Shown: piece by piece, positions 21,503-31,389 of the stretch
Layout: every line of letters starts with the position of its first letter
Numbering within the stretch: position 1 is the stretch's first letter
Assembly: GCA_964467915.1 (NCBI GenBank)
Contig: CAYXSW010000003.1
Coordinates: 23,879-87,878, forward strand
Length of the DNA stretch: 64,000 nt
Direction: 5' to 3'
From: an uncultured Marinoscillum sp.
Lineage (GTDB): Bacteria; Bacteroidota; Bacteroidia; Cytophagales; MED-G16
Translations under genes and position numbers: made by a program
Notes under the pieces: generated by a model
Databases searched by the model: none
Told to the model about the DNA's origin: nothing
What the model saw: the letters and a program-made list of their open reading frames with translations, nothing else

Positions 21503-23799
21503 TGGCAGAAAAATTTTCAAGCTTTGTTTTAAATAACAGAAAAATTTTCATTTTAATAATTCTGCTTTATACTGCATTTATGGGCTATAAGGGCCTAGAT
21601 GTTAAATATAATTATGATTTTTCTCAAACTGTTCCTGATACAGATGAGGAAATGTTGTACTACAATTCTTTTAAAGAAACTTTTGGTGAAGATGGCAATG
21701 TATTGGCCATTGGTTTAAAAGACTCTTCTATTTTCTTAATTGATAAATTAAAATTGTACAACAACTATGTTGAAGATATTCAAAATGTATATGGAGTTAA
21801 GGGCGTATTAGGCTTGCCTAAATTACAAGTTTTAAAAAAAAACAATCAAAACAAAAATTTCAATTTTATTGATGTATTTGAACCTTTTCCAAACAATCAG
21901 AATTCATATGATAGTTTGCTAGATTTAATAAGTAAAGAAAAATTTTATGAGGGAAAGATTTTGAATGATGAGGGTGCCTTAACCCTTCTAGTTACCATTG
22001 ATAAAAATATCTTAAATTCTGAAAGTAGAAATAAGTTAATGATTGACTTGATTAAAAAGAGTGAGGAATTTCAATTACAATCTAACATAAAACTGCACTA
22101 TGCAGGCCTCCCATATTCTAGATATGTAATAGCAGAGAGTGTTAAAAAAGAGCTGACTAATTTATTAATTGTCTCAATAGTAGTCGTAGCTATTATTTTA
22201 TTTTTCTTTTTTAGGTCTCTAGACACAGTATTTGTTCCTTTAATTATTATTGGAATAGTTGTCACCTGGGTGTTTGGAACTCTAGCTTTATTTGGATTTA
22301 AGATCACGCTATTAACTGGTTTGCTCCCACCAATAATTGTCGTTATAGGGATTCCAAACTGTGTATACATGTTAAATTATTATCATTTCTCAATTGATAA
22401 ATTAAAAGATAAAAAGAAAGCAATTGTAAATGTTATAAAGACTATTGGGTTAATTACATTAATTACTAATTTAACAACAGCTGTTGGTTTTTTTGTCCTT
22501 TCTACTACAGACATAAAAATATTAACTGAATTTGGAATTGTTGCTGGAATTAATGTTTTAGCCACTTTTGTAGTAAGCATTTTTCTTTTACCTTCCATTT
22601 ATTTAGCACTTCCTAAGCCAAAAAGTAGTCAGGTGAATTATTTAAATTATAGTTTTATAAATAATCTCATCCTTTACTTCCGCTATATTTCTTTTACTCA
22701 TAAAAAAAGAATATTCTTTATTTTTTCTTTAATTATATTATTCTCATTATACGGTCTTTCAAAAATTAGATCAGCTTCATTTTTAGTAGACGATGTCCCT
22801 TCAGAAAGTGCTTTAATGAAAGATCTTAAGTTTTTTGAGTCTAATTTTTCTGGAGTTATGCCCCTTGAAATTGTTGTAGATACCAAAATGAAGAAAGGAG
22901 TTCAAAACCTTAATCTGCTAAAAAAAGTTGATAAGTTTGAAAGGTTTTTAGAAGATAAGGAGTACGTGTCATCCCCAATATCATTAGTCACATTTATAAA
23001 GGCATCTAGACAAGCATATTATAATAATAATCCTTCATTTTATAGTCTTCCTAATAATAGAGATAAAAATTTTATTTTCAGATATTTATCAGAAGGGTAT
23101 CAAGAAAATGTTTCTAATGATAATATTTCAAAATCGTTTGTAGATTCTGTAGGTCAAAAAATGCGAATATCTTTAAATGTAGCTGACTTAGGTTCTTATA
23201 AACTTGATTCTATAGTTAAAAGTGTTTTCAGACCAGAAATTGAAAAAATATTTTCAAATTCAAAAGCTGAAGTAAAAATGACGGGCACTACTTTAATATA
23301 TATTAAAGGAATTAATTTCTTAGTTGAGAATTTACTTCAAAGCATGTTATTAGCATTTATAATTATTAGTATAATAATGTCACTACTTTTTAAAAATATT
23401 AAAATGGTAATAATTTCTTTGATCCCAAATATTATACCCTTAATAATAGCTGGAGGGATTATGGGCTATTTTAATATCCCTTTAAAACCTAGCTCTGCCT
23501 TAGTTTTTAGTATTGTTTTTGGAATATCAGTTGATTATTCAATTCATTTTCTTGCAAAATTTAAAAACGAATTACTTACTAAAAGTTTAGAGGATTCTAT
23601 TGTTAATACCATAAATCAAACTGGTAGATCAATGATTTTTACTTCCTTTATTCTATTTTTTGGATTTATAATATTTGCTTTTTCTAATTTTGGGGGAACA
23701 ATTGTATTAGGTGTATTAACATCTATTATATTATTTGTTGCTATGATTACTAATCTCACTTTGTTGCCAAGTATAATTTTACATTTTTATAAAAAGTAA
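21502..23799 (+). CDS. MMPL/RND family transporter
   Basis: Two-repeat RND topology; GISVDYSIHF motif. Confidence 0.88.
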   Translation: MAEKFSSFVLNNRKIFILIILLYTAFMGYKGLDVKYNYDFSQTVPDTDEEMLYYNSFKETFGEDGNVLAIGLKDSSIFLIDKLKLYNNYVEDIQNVYGVKGVLGLPKLQVLKKNNQNKNFNFIDVFEPFPNNQNSYDSLLDLISKEKFYEGKILNDEGALTLLVTIDKNILNSESRNKLMIDLIKKSEEFQLQSNIKLHYAGLPYSRYVIAESVKKELTNLLIVSIVVVAIILFFFFRSLDTVFVPLIIIGIVVTWVFGTLALFGFKITLLTGLLPPIIVVIGIPNCVYMLNYYHFSIDKLKDKKKAIVNVIKTIGLITLITNLTTAVGFFVLSTTDIKILTEFGIVAGINVLATFVVSIFLLPSIYLALPKPKSSQVNYLNYSFINNLILYFRYISFTHKKRIFFIFSLIILFSLYGLSKIRSASFLVDDVPSESALMKDLKFFESNFSGVMPLEIVVDTKMKKGVQNLNLLKKVDKFERFLEDKEYVSSPISLVTFIKASRQAYYNNNPSFYSLPNNRDKNFIFRYLSEGYQENVSNDNISKSFVDSVGQKMRISLNVADLGSYKLDSIVKSVFRPEIEKIFSNSKAEVKMTGTTLIYIKGINFLVENLLQSMLLAFIIISIIMSLLFKNIKMVIISLIPNIIPLIIAGGIMGYFNIPLKPSSALVFSIVFGISVDYSIHFLAKFKNELLTKSLEDSIVNTINQTGRSMIFTSFILFFGFIIFAFSNFGGTIVLGVLTSIILFVAMITNLTLLPSIILHFYKK

Positions 23800-23800
23800 T

Positions 23801-26800
23801 ATGAGAAGTGTTAAAAAATTTAATGAATATAACTCAATCAATTACTATGATATAAGTAAGGAGGTTATATCATTCTGGAAGAAGAATAAAATTTTTCAAA
23901 AATCAATAGAGACAAGGTCAAAGGATAAAATATATCCTTTCTACGAGGGGCCACCATCTGCAAATGGAATGCCTGGGATTCATCATGTAATGGCCAGGAC
24001 GATTAAAGACATATTTTGTAGGTATAAAACACTTAAAGGATATAGAGTATACAGAAAGGGGGGTTGGGACACTCATGGTTTACCTGTTGAATTACAAGTT
24101 GAAAAAAAATTAGGTATCACAAAAGATGATATCGGGAATAAAATATCGGTTGAAGAGTATAACAATGAGTGTAGGAAAGCTGTAATGCAATTTAAAACAA
24201 AATGGGAAGAGCTCACAGAGAGTATAGGATATTGGCTAGATATTAATGATGCCTACATTACTTTTGATAATAATTATATTGAGTCTATATGGTGGTCATT
24301 AAAAAAGTTATATGATAAAAACTTATTATATAAAGGTTATTCAATTCAACCCTATTCACCTGCTGCTGGTACGGGCCTAAGCTCTCATGAGCTTAATATG
24401 CCTGGTGCATATAAAACAATTAAGGATACTTCCTTGACAGCACAGTTTAAAATATCAAAAAACGAAAAATCAAAAAATATATTTGGGGATCAAGAATGTT
24501 ACTTTTTAGCATGGACTACTACACCATGGACACTTCCTGGCAATAACGGTTTAGCAGTTGGAAAAAATATAGAATATGTTCTTGTTGAGACGTTTAATAA
24601 ATATACTGAGGCAAAAATTAATGTGGTTTTGGCTGAAAGTTGCATAAATAAATTTTTTGATAAAAAGAATGAAAACAAAAGTGATTCTATATCTTTTGAT
24701 AAGAAAAAAATTGAATATAGAATTCTAGAAACTTTTAAAGGAAAGGATTTTATTGGATTAGATTATGAGCAACTTCTTCCTTATGTACAAGCTGAAAAGC
24801 CCGCATTTACAGTTGTAGAAGGAGACTTTGTGACAACGGACGAAGGAACAGGGATTGTACATATAAGTTTAACTTTTGGTTCTGATGATTTTAATGTTTC
24901 TAGAAAAAATAATCTGCCTGGAATTTTTGTTTTGAATGATAAAAATGAAAATGTTCCTATTGTAAATAAGTCAGGAAAGTTTGTAGATGAAATAACAGAT
25001 TTTGCAGGACTTGAAGTTAAGAAATTTTCTAAATCGGATGGTTTAACAACTGATGAAAAGATTTCGATCAAACTTAAAGAAGAAAATAAAGCATTTGACG
25101 TTCAGAAATATGAACATAGTTATCCTCATTGTTGGAGGACTGATAAGCCAATATTGTATTACCCTCTAGAATCTTGGTTTATAAACACCACAAAATTAAA
25201 AGGAGAACTAATCAAAAAAAATGAAGATATTAATTGGCAGCCACCATCCACAGGAACCGGTAGGTTTGGAAACTGGCTCGAAAATTTAGTTGACTGGAAT
25301 TTGAGTCGGTCTAGATTTTGGGGGACACCGTTACCTATATGGAAAACAAGGGACGGTAAAGAAGAAATTTGTATTGGAAGCATTGATCAGCTTAGGTCAG
25401 AAGTAAAAAAATCTTTTGATAATGGTATTATGGATAAAATTTTGTCTTCAAATATTGATCTTCATAGACCTTCTGTAGACGAAATTATTTTATCTACAAA
25501 AGAAGGAAAACCAATGTATAGGGAGAAAGATATAATTGATGTTTGGTATGATTCAGGATCAATGCCTTTTGCACAATATCATTATCCTTTTGAAAAAAAA
25601 GATGTATTTGAAAAAATGTTTCCAGCTAAATTTATAGCAGAAGGGGTTGACCAGACTAGAGGATGGTTTTTTACAATGCATTCTATTTCTGTAATGCTTT
25701 TTGGAAAGGTTAGTTTTGAAAATGTAATCTCTAATGGTCTTGTTCTAGATAAAGAAGGAAATAAAATGTCCAAGAGATTAGGCAATGCTGTTGACCCATT
25801 TGAAGTAATTAAAAAATATGGACCTGATGCCACCAGATTATATATGATAATTAACTCAAATCCTTGGGATAATATAAAGTTTGATATAGATGGTATAAGT
25901 GAAATTTTAAGAAAATTTTTTGGTACTTTAAACAACACGTATAACTTCTTTTCATTATATGCAAATATTGATGGGTTTACCGGCGATGAGGAACTTGTTC
26001 CATATGAAAAAAGGAGTTTTGAAGACAAATGGATCATTAGTAAATTACATACAATTATAGGGTTAGTATCACAGAAACTTGATGATTATGATCCAACAAA
26101 AGCAGCAAGAATTATAAATCAGTTTATTAATGATGATCTTAGTAATTGGTACATTAGACTTAATCGTAAGCGATTTTGGAAAGGAGATCTTACTGAAGAT
26201 AAGTTAATGGCTTATCAAACTTTATTTGAATGTTTAAAAAACATATCAATAATATCTTCTCCTTTTATCCCTTTTTATGCTGAAAAATTATATGGTGACT
26301 TAAATAAGTTTGATGATAAAAAAATTAATTCCGTTCATCTCTCTAATTTTCCAATAGTTGATAAAGAACTTATATCCCATTCTTTAGAGAGGAAGATGTT
26401 ATATGCCCAAAAAATATCTTCATTAGTTCATTCCATTAGAAAAAAAGAAAAAATTAGAGTTAGGCAACCACTGTCAAAAATATCAGTTCCTATAAAATCT
26501 AAGGATATAGAAAACGATATTAAGTCTGTTGAGAATATAATATTATCAGAAGTGAATGTAAAAATAGTTGAATATATATATGATAACTCTAAAGTATTTG
26601 TAAAAAAAATAAAACCTAATTATAGAGAGTTAGGAATGATTCACGGGAAAAACATGAAAATAGTTGCAGACAGAATTAATGCAATGAGTCAAGATGAAAT
26701 CATTAAACTAGAATCAGATGGAGAGATTAACCTCACGCTAGAAAACAAATCTATTATTAACTTTTCTTTAAGTCAAGCCGAAATTTCTTTTGGTGAAATA

Positions 26801-27148
26801 AAAGGCAAACAAGTTGCTTCCAATGATATCTTTACAATAGCATTAGACATATCAATTGATGAAGACCTTTTGTCGGAAGGTATAGCAAGAGAATTTATAA
26901 ATAAAATACAGAACGAAAGAAAAAACATGTCTCTTGAAGTTACTGATAAAATTGAAATTCATATTATAAAAAACAAGTCATTTTTAAATGAGTCTTTATC
27001 AAAACATAAAGACTTCATTTGTAATGAGGTTCAAGCATTAAATTTTTTACTAGTTGAGAAAATTAGTCACCCAAAAATTATGGATTTAAATATTGATAGT
27101 GGAGAATCCTCTCCTAAGAATATAAATTATCTAATTAAGAAATTATAA
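23801..27148 (+). CDS. ileS: Isoleucine--tRNA ligase, type 2
   Basis: GPPSANGMPGIHH, GWDTHGLP, WTTTPWTLP, SRSRFWGTP, KMSKR; C-terminal EGIARE domain with no Zn finger. Confidence 0.98.
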   Translation: MRSVKKFNEYNSINYYDISKEVISFWKKNKIFQKSIETRSKDKIYPFYEGPPSANGMPGIHHVMARTIKDIFCRYKTLKGYRVYRKGGWDTHGLPVELQVEKKLGITKDDIGNKISVEEYNNECRKAVMQFKTKWEELTESIGYWLDINDAYITFDNNYIESIWWSLKKLYDKNLLYKGYSIQPYSPAAGTGLSSHELNMPGAYKTIKDTSLTAQFKISKNEKSKNIFGDQECYFLAWTTTPWTLPGNNGLAVGKNIEYVLVETFNKYTEAKINVVLAESCINKFFDKKNENKSDSISFDKKKIEYRILETFKGKDFIGLDYEQLLPYVQAEKPAFTVVEGDFVTTDEGTGIVHISLTFGSDDFNVSRKNNLPGIFVLNDKNENVPIVNKSGKFVDEITDFAGLEVKKFSKSDGLTTDEKISIKLKEENKAFDVQKYEHSYPHCWRTDKPILYYPLESWFINTTKLKGELIKKNEDINWQPPSTGTGRFGNWLENLVDWNLSRSRFWGTPLPIWKTRDGKEEICIGSIDQLRSEVKKSFDNGIMDKILSSNIDLHRPSVDEIILSTKEGKPMYREKDIIDVWYDSGSMPFAQYHYPFEKKDVFEKMFPAKFIAEGVDQTRGWFFTMHSISVMLFGKVSFENVISNGLVLDKEGNKMSKRLGNAVDPFEVIKKYGPDATRLYMIINSNPWDNIKFDIDGISEILRKFFGTLNNTYNFFSLYANIDGFTGDEELVPYEKRSFEDKWIISKLHTIIGLVSQKLDDYDPTKAARIINQFINDDLSNWYIRLNRKRFWKGDLTEDKLMAYQTLFECLKNISIISSPFIPFYAEKLYGDLNKFDDKKINSVHLSNFPIVDKELISHSLERKMLYAQKISSLVHSIRKKEKIRVRQPLSKISVPIKSKDIENDIKSVENIILSEVNVKIVEYIYDNSKVFVKKIKPNYRELGMIHGKNMKIVADRINAMSQDEIIKLESDGEINLTLENKSIINFSLSQAEISFGEIKGKQVASNDIFTIALDISIDEDLLSEGIAREFINKIQNERKNMSLEVTDKIEIHIIKNKSFLNESLSKHKDFICNEVQALNFLLVEKISHPKIMDLNIDSGESSPKNINYLIKKL

Positions 27149-27152
27149 TCAC

Positions 27153-27722
27153 ATGAAATTAAAATATTTTCTTTTAGTAATAACATTAATAGTATTAGAT
27201 CAAACTGTTAAAAGTATTGTTCATTTTAATATGCCTCTTCATTCTGAAATTACAATACTTGGAGATTTTTTTAAATTGCACCATCTAGAAAATCCCGGCA
27301 TGGCCTTTGGTATTAATTTTGACTTTAAGTACACTAAATTAATTTTAACTTTATTTAGACTTATAGCTTCTTTTGTAATTGGGGTATATCTATATAATTT
27401 ACTTAAAAAGAAATCTAATTTTATTCTGTTAAGTTGTATATCTCTAATTTTGGCTGGAGCTATAGGTAATGTTATTGATAGTGTTTTTTATGGTATAATT
27501 TATAATAACTTTCCATCAGATGCACCCTTTAGTTTATTTTATGGTCAGGTAATAGACATGTTTTATATAGATATTTGGGAAGGAAATATCCCATCACAAA
27601 TTCCGTTAATTGGCGGCTCTTATATCTCTCTTTGGCCTGTTTTTAATCTTGCAGATTCCTATATTTTTACTGGAGTTATTACCTTACTAGTTTTTCAAAA
27701 GAAATTTATTGGAGAATTTTAA
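27153..27722 (+). CDS. lspA: Lipoprotein signal peptidase II
   Basis: NPGMAFG, GAIGNVID, VIDM, PVFNLADS. Confidence 0.95.
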   Translation: MKLKYFLLVITLIVLDQTVKSIVHFNMPLHSEITILGDFFKLHHLENPGMAFGINFDFKYTKLILTLFRLIASFVIGVYLYNLLKKKSNFILLSCISLILAGAIGNVIDSVFYGIIYNNFPSDAPFSLFYGQVIDMFYIDIWEGNIPSQIPLIGGSYISLWPVFNLADSYIFTGVITLLVFQKKFIGEF

Positions 27723-28012
27723 ATAAAATATATCTTGTTAAGATATTTATGTTCTTCTTTGAACTTTTCTAGAAGTACTTTTTTCTTATTAGAAAGCTCA
27801 TTTCTTAAAGGGGCAGAATTAACTTTAATATATAGGCTGTTTTCTTTAACAAATAATTTTTTTGTTCTTGACTGAATCTGCTTACTTGTAATTTTGTTCC
27901 ATGTGTTTGTTATTTCAACCTCATTAATTCCCTTTTTCATTTTGTCTGAGTTATAGAACTCTGATGTTAAGTCTTTAATTGATAATAGTTTAGACTTTCT
28001 TTTATTCTTCAT
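27719..28012 (-). CDS. DUF721 / DciA family protein
   Basis: W...LYIKVNSAPLRNEL motif; downstream of recF. Confidence 0.82.
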   Translation of the reverse strand: MKNKRKSKLLSIKDLTSEFYNSDKMKKGINEVEITNTWNKITSKQIQSRTKKLFVKENSLYIKVNSAPLRNELSNKKKVLLEKFKEEHKYLNKIYFI

Positions 28013-29093
28013 TTATTATTCCTTTTTCTATTTTAATTACTTTAATTGGCTGAATTAATTTTTTTACTTCATTTAATCTAGCCTCTAATGAGTCAGATAT
28101 AAAAATTTGAGAAAAATTATTTACTAATATATACTTTACAAAAGTATTAATTTTAGTGTCATCAAGTTTGTGAAATATGTCGTCAAGTAATAGTATAGGG
28201 TCTATTAATAATTTCTTTTTTAAAAGATAAAACTCTGATAGTTTTAATGATATTATGAATGTTTTTTGTTGACCTTGGGAACCCATTCTTTTAATTAACC
28301 GATTTTTCATCATAAATGTATAATCGTCGTTATGGATACCAATATTTGTTTTTTTTGTATAAAAATCTTTTTCTAAATATTTTTCATACACATCACAATT
28401 CATTCCCTTATTAAAATTTGATGAATAATAGACATTGAAATTGTCATTTGAGTTATTTAATTCAGAAGATATTTTATTAAATGATTCATTAAATTTTTCT
28501 AGCTCACTTTCTCTGAAACAATAAATATTATTATTTAATCGTATCAATTTTTCGTCGTAAATTTTAAGATAATTTTTATCTATACCGTTTATAGTAGATA
28601 CACTCTTTAAATAAGTATTTCTCTGCTTTAATAATCTGTTATATGAAATAAGGTTATTTAAATAACTTTTATCGATTTGTGAAAATAATTGATCAAAAAA
28701 CCTTCTTCTTTCACTGCTATAGTTTCTTATTAAATTAATATCATATGGGGTTATAAAGACCAAAGGTATTTTTCCTAAATGATCTTTAACTTTTGAGTAT
28801 TTTTCATTATTCTCAAATATTTTTTTAACATTAGGCTGTTCAAAAGTGCATTTATAAGACTTATTATTTGAGTAATCACCTTCTATTCTAAAAAATGATT
28901 TTTTTTCTAAAACATTATCTGAATCAAAATTATTTATAGCACTTTTCCCATACGAAAGGTAATAAATAGCATCTAGTAGATTTGTTTTGCCAGCACCATT
29001 TTTACCAAATAAAAAATTAATTTTATTTGAAAACTTGACCTCACTAGAAATATAATTTTTAAAATTATTAATCTTTATTTTATCAATATGCAT
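28002..29093 (-). CDS. recF: DNA replication/repair protein RecF
   Basis: NFKNY, GKNGAGKTN, ERRRFFD, GSQGQQK, LLLDD. Confidence 0.96.
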   Translation of the reverse strand: MHIDKIKINNFKNYISSEVKFSNKINFLFGKNGAGKTNLLDAIYYLSYGKSAINNFDSDNVLEKKSFFRIEGDYSNNKSYKCTFEQPNVKKIFENNEKYSKVKDHLGKIPLVFITPYDINLIRNYSSERRRFFDQLFSQIDKSYLNNLISYNRLLKQRNTYLKSVSTINGIDKNYLKIYDEKLIRLNNNIYCFRESELEKFNESFNKISSELNNSNDNFNVYYSSNFNKGMNCDVYEKYLEKDFYTKKTNIGIHNDDYTFMMKNRLIKRMGSQGQQKTFIISLKLSEFYLLKKKLLIDPILLLDDIFHKLDDTKINTFVKYILVNNFSQIFISDSLEARLNEVKKLIQPIKVIKIEKGIINEE

Positions 29094-29094
29094 A

Positions 29095-29102
29095 TATATT
29101 TG
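29095..29102 (+). promoter_or_regulatory. -7 element for pdhA in the divergent recF/pdhA spacer
   Basis: TATATTTG followed by TGCA. Confidence 0.5.
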
Positions 29103-29175
29103 TGCAAAAAATAAGAATTGTTTCTAATGTAAATAAACTAAAATTTATTAGAGATTTTTTATTTAATATTAAAAT

Positions 29176-30204
29176 ATGCCAGCTATTAAGGAAAAAAAAG
29201 TTAAATCTAAGTTAAGAGAAGAGTTCGATACAACTACTTATCTGTACTGGATAAAGTCTATGCTTCTTATGAGAAGGTTTGAGGAGATGGCGGGGAGGCT
29301 GTATGGGCAACAAAAAATTAGAGGTTTTTGTCATTTATATATTGGCCAGGAAGCTTGTATTTCAGGAGCTGTTTCTGCTTTAAGAGAAGGGGATAAATAT
29401 ATAACTTCGTATAGAGATCATGCACATCCTTTAGCTCTAGGAACAAATCCTGATAAAATTATGGCTGAACTTTATGGAAAAGTAACTGGTATATCTAAAG
29501 GTAAGGGGGGATCAATGCATATGTTTGATAAAGAGAAGCATTTTTATGGTGGCCACGGAATTGTTGGAAACCAAATTCCTATGGGAGCAGGAATTGCTTT
29601 TTCAGAAAAATATAATAATACTGGGAATGTATGCCTGACATATTTGGGGGATGGAGCTCTAAGAATAGGAGCTTTTCATGAAGCAGTTAATATATCTATG
29701 TTTTTAAAACTTCCTGTAATTTTTATTATAGAAAATAATGGTTATGCAATGGGAACATCTGTAGATAGGACTTCTAATGTAACGGAGCTCTACAAAACTG
29801 GATTATCATATGATATACCATCTGAACCTGTTGATGCAATGAATGTGATTAAAGTTCATAGAGCTGTAGCTAAAGCAGCTTTTAGGGCAAGAAACGGAGA
29901 GGGACCCTCACTTTTAGAATTCAGAACATATCGATATAAAGGACACTCAATGTCTGATCCTGCTAAATACAGATCTAAAGATGAGCTGCAGAGTTATAAA
30001 GATAAAGATCCTATAGAACAAGTAAAAAAAATGATTTTATCAAAGAAGATATTAAAACTTGATGAATTAGATGCTGTAGATAAAAATATTAAAGAACAAG
30101 TTAAGAAGTCAGTAGAGTTTTCTGAGAATTCTGATTATCCTTCTCCAGAAGAAGCTTATAATGACATCTATGTTCAAAAAGATTATCCGTTTTTAAGAGA
30201 ATAA
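29176..30204 (+). CDS. pdhA: Pyruvate dehydrogenase E1 alpha
   Basis: GFCHLYIGQEA, TPP motif GDGA...ENN, TYRYKGHSMSDP. Confidence 0.97.
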   Translation: MPAIKEKKVKSKLREEFDTTTYLYWIKSMLLMRRFEEMAGRLYGQQKIRGFCHLYIGQEACISGAVSALREGDKYITSYRDHAHPLALGTNPDKIMAELYGKVTGISKGKGGSMHMFDKEKHFYGGHGIVGNQIPMGAGIAFSEKYNNTGNVCLTYLGDGALRIGAFHEAVNISMFLKLPVIFIIENNGYAMGTSVDRTSNVTELYKTGLSYDIPSEPVDAMNVIKVHRAVAKAAFRARNGEGPSLLEFRTYRYKGHSMSDPAKYRSKDELQSYKDKDPIEQVKKMILSKKILKLDELDAVDKNIKEQVKKSVEFSENSDYPSPEEAYNDIYVQKDYPFLRE

Positions 30205-30211
30205 TAATATT

Positions 30212-30919
30212 ATGGTAAAAATAAGAAAACCTAAAAAAGACAATAAAGAAGTACTTCCAATTGAAAACGCTGAAGTTCTCAATGAGACACTTAGCAAATC
30301 AGAACAATTTATAAATAAAAATAAAAACATGATTTTTTCTGTTTTAAGTGTTGTTGCAATTATTTTCCTCTCCTTTTCATTCTATTCATATTTTAAAAGA
30401 ACTCAGAATATAACGGCACAAGAAGAAATGTTTCAGGCGGTATATTATTTTGAGAAAGACAGTTTAGTCCAGGCATTAAATGGGGATGGAAATAATTATG
30501 GGTTTTTAGAAATTATTGATGAATACTCTTTGTCTGATGCCGCTAATCTATCAAAATTTTATGCTGGATCTTCATATTTAAAACTTGGAAATTATGAGAA
30601 TGCTATAAAATATTTAAAAGATTTTTCTTCATCAGACCTATTAATTCAAGCTAGAGCTTACTCACTTATAGGTGATGCATATGTAGAAATTTTAGATTTT
30701 GAAAATGCTATATCTTATTTTAAGAAAGCTTCTAACGAATCTCCAAATGAATATTTTACACCAACTTATTTATTGAAGCTTGCTTTAGTATATGAGGAGG
30801 TTAATAATTTAGAGTCAGCACTACAATCTTATAGTAGAATAGTAGAAGACTTTAATGAATCCTCTGAATATCAATTGGCTGTAAAGAATAAAAATAGGAT
30901 TGAAGGTTTATTACTATGA
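30212..30919 (+). CDS. Membrane-anchored TPR protein (YfgM-like)
   Basis: One TM followed by TPRs; ALNGDG motif; conserved upstream of ribH in Bacteroidota. Confidence 0.8.
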   Translation: MVKIRKPKKDNKEVLPIENAEVLNETLSKSEQFINKNKNMIFSVLSVVAIIFLSFSFYSYFKRTQNITAQEEMFQAVYYFEKDSLVQALNGDGNNYGFLEIIDEYSLSDAANLSKFYAGSSYLKLGNYENAIKYLKDFSSSDLLIQARAYSLIGDAYVEILDFENAISYFKKASNESPNEYFTPTYLLKLALVYEEVNNLESALQSYSRIVEDFNESSEYQLAVKNKNRIEGLLL

Positions 30920-31389
30920 GTTTTGATACCCCCTCTGTAAATAACAACTTGCAAAACAAAGATTTCAGTAGTTTTAAAGTAGGTATAGTAAGATCATTAT
31001 GGAATACCAGCATCACCGATATTCTTCTTTCATCTTGTATAACGCAACTTAAAAGCCACGGTATTATCTCAAAAAACTTAACACTGAAAGATGTCCCGGG
31101 AAGTATGGAATTAGTTCATGCAGCTAATATTGTATTATCCAATGATGATTTAGATGGGATTATAGCTTTGGGATGTATAGTTAAAGGCGAAACTGATCAT
31201 GATAAATATCTATCTTATGCAGTTGCTAATGGATTAGTCAACGTATCTATAAAGTATAATAAACCAGTAATTTTTGGGGTATTAACTACAAATTCTATTA
31301 ACCAGGCACTTGATAGGTGCGGAGGTAAACATGGTAATAAAGGAATCGAATCTGCTGACACACTATTGAGCATGTTAGATTCTTTTTAA
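30916..31389 (+). CDS. ribH: 6,7-dimethyl-8-ribityllumazine synthase
   Basis: VPGSMEL, LGCIVKGETDH, PVIFGVLT, HGNKG. Confidence 0.95.
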   Translation: MSFDTPSVNNNLQNKDFSSFKVGIVRSLWNTSITDILLSSCITQLKSHGIISKNLTLKDVPGSMELVHAANIVLSNDDLDGIIALGCIVKGETDHDKYLSYAVANGLVNVSIKYNKPVIFGVLTTNSINQALDRCGGKHGNKGIESADTLLSMLDSF

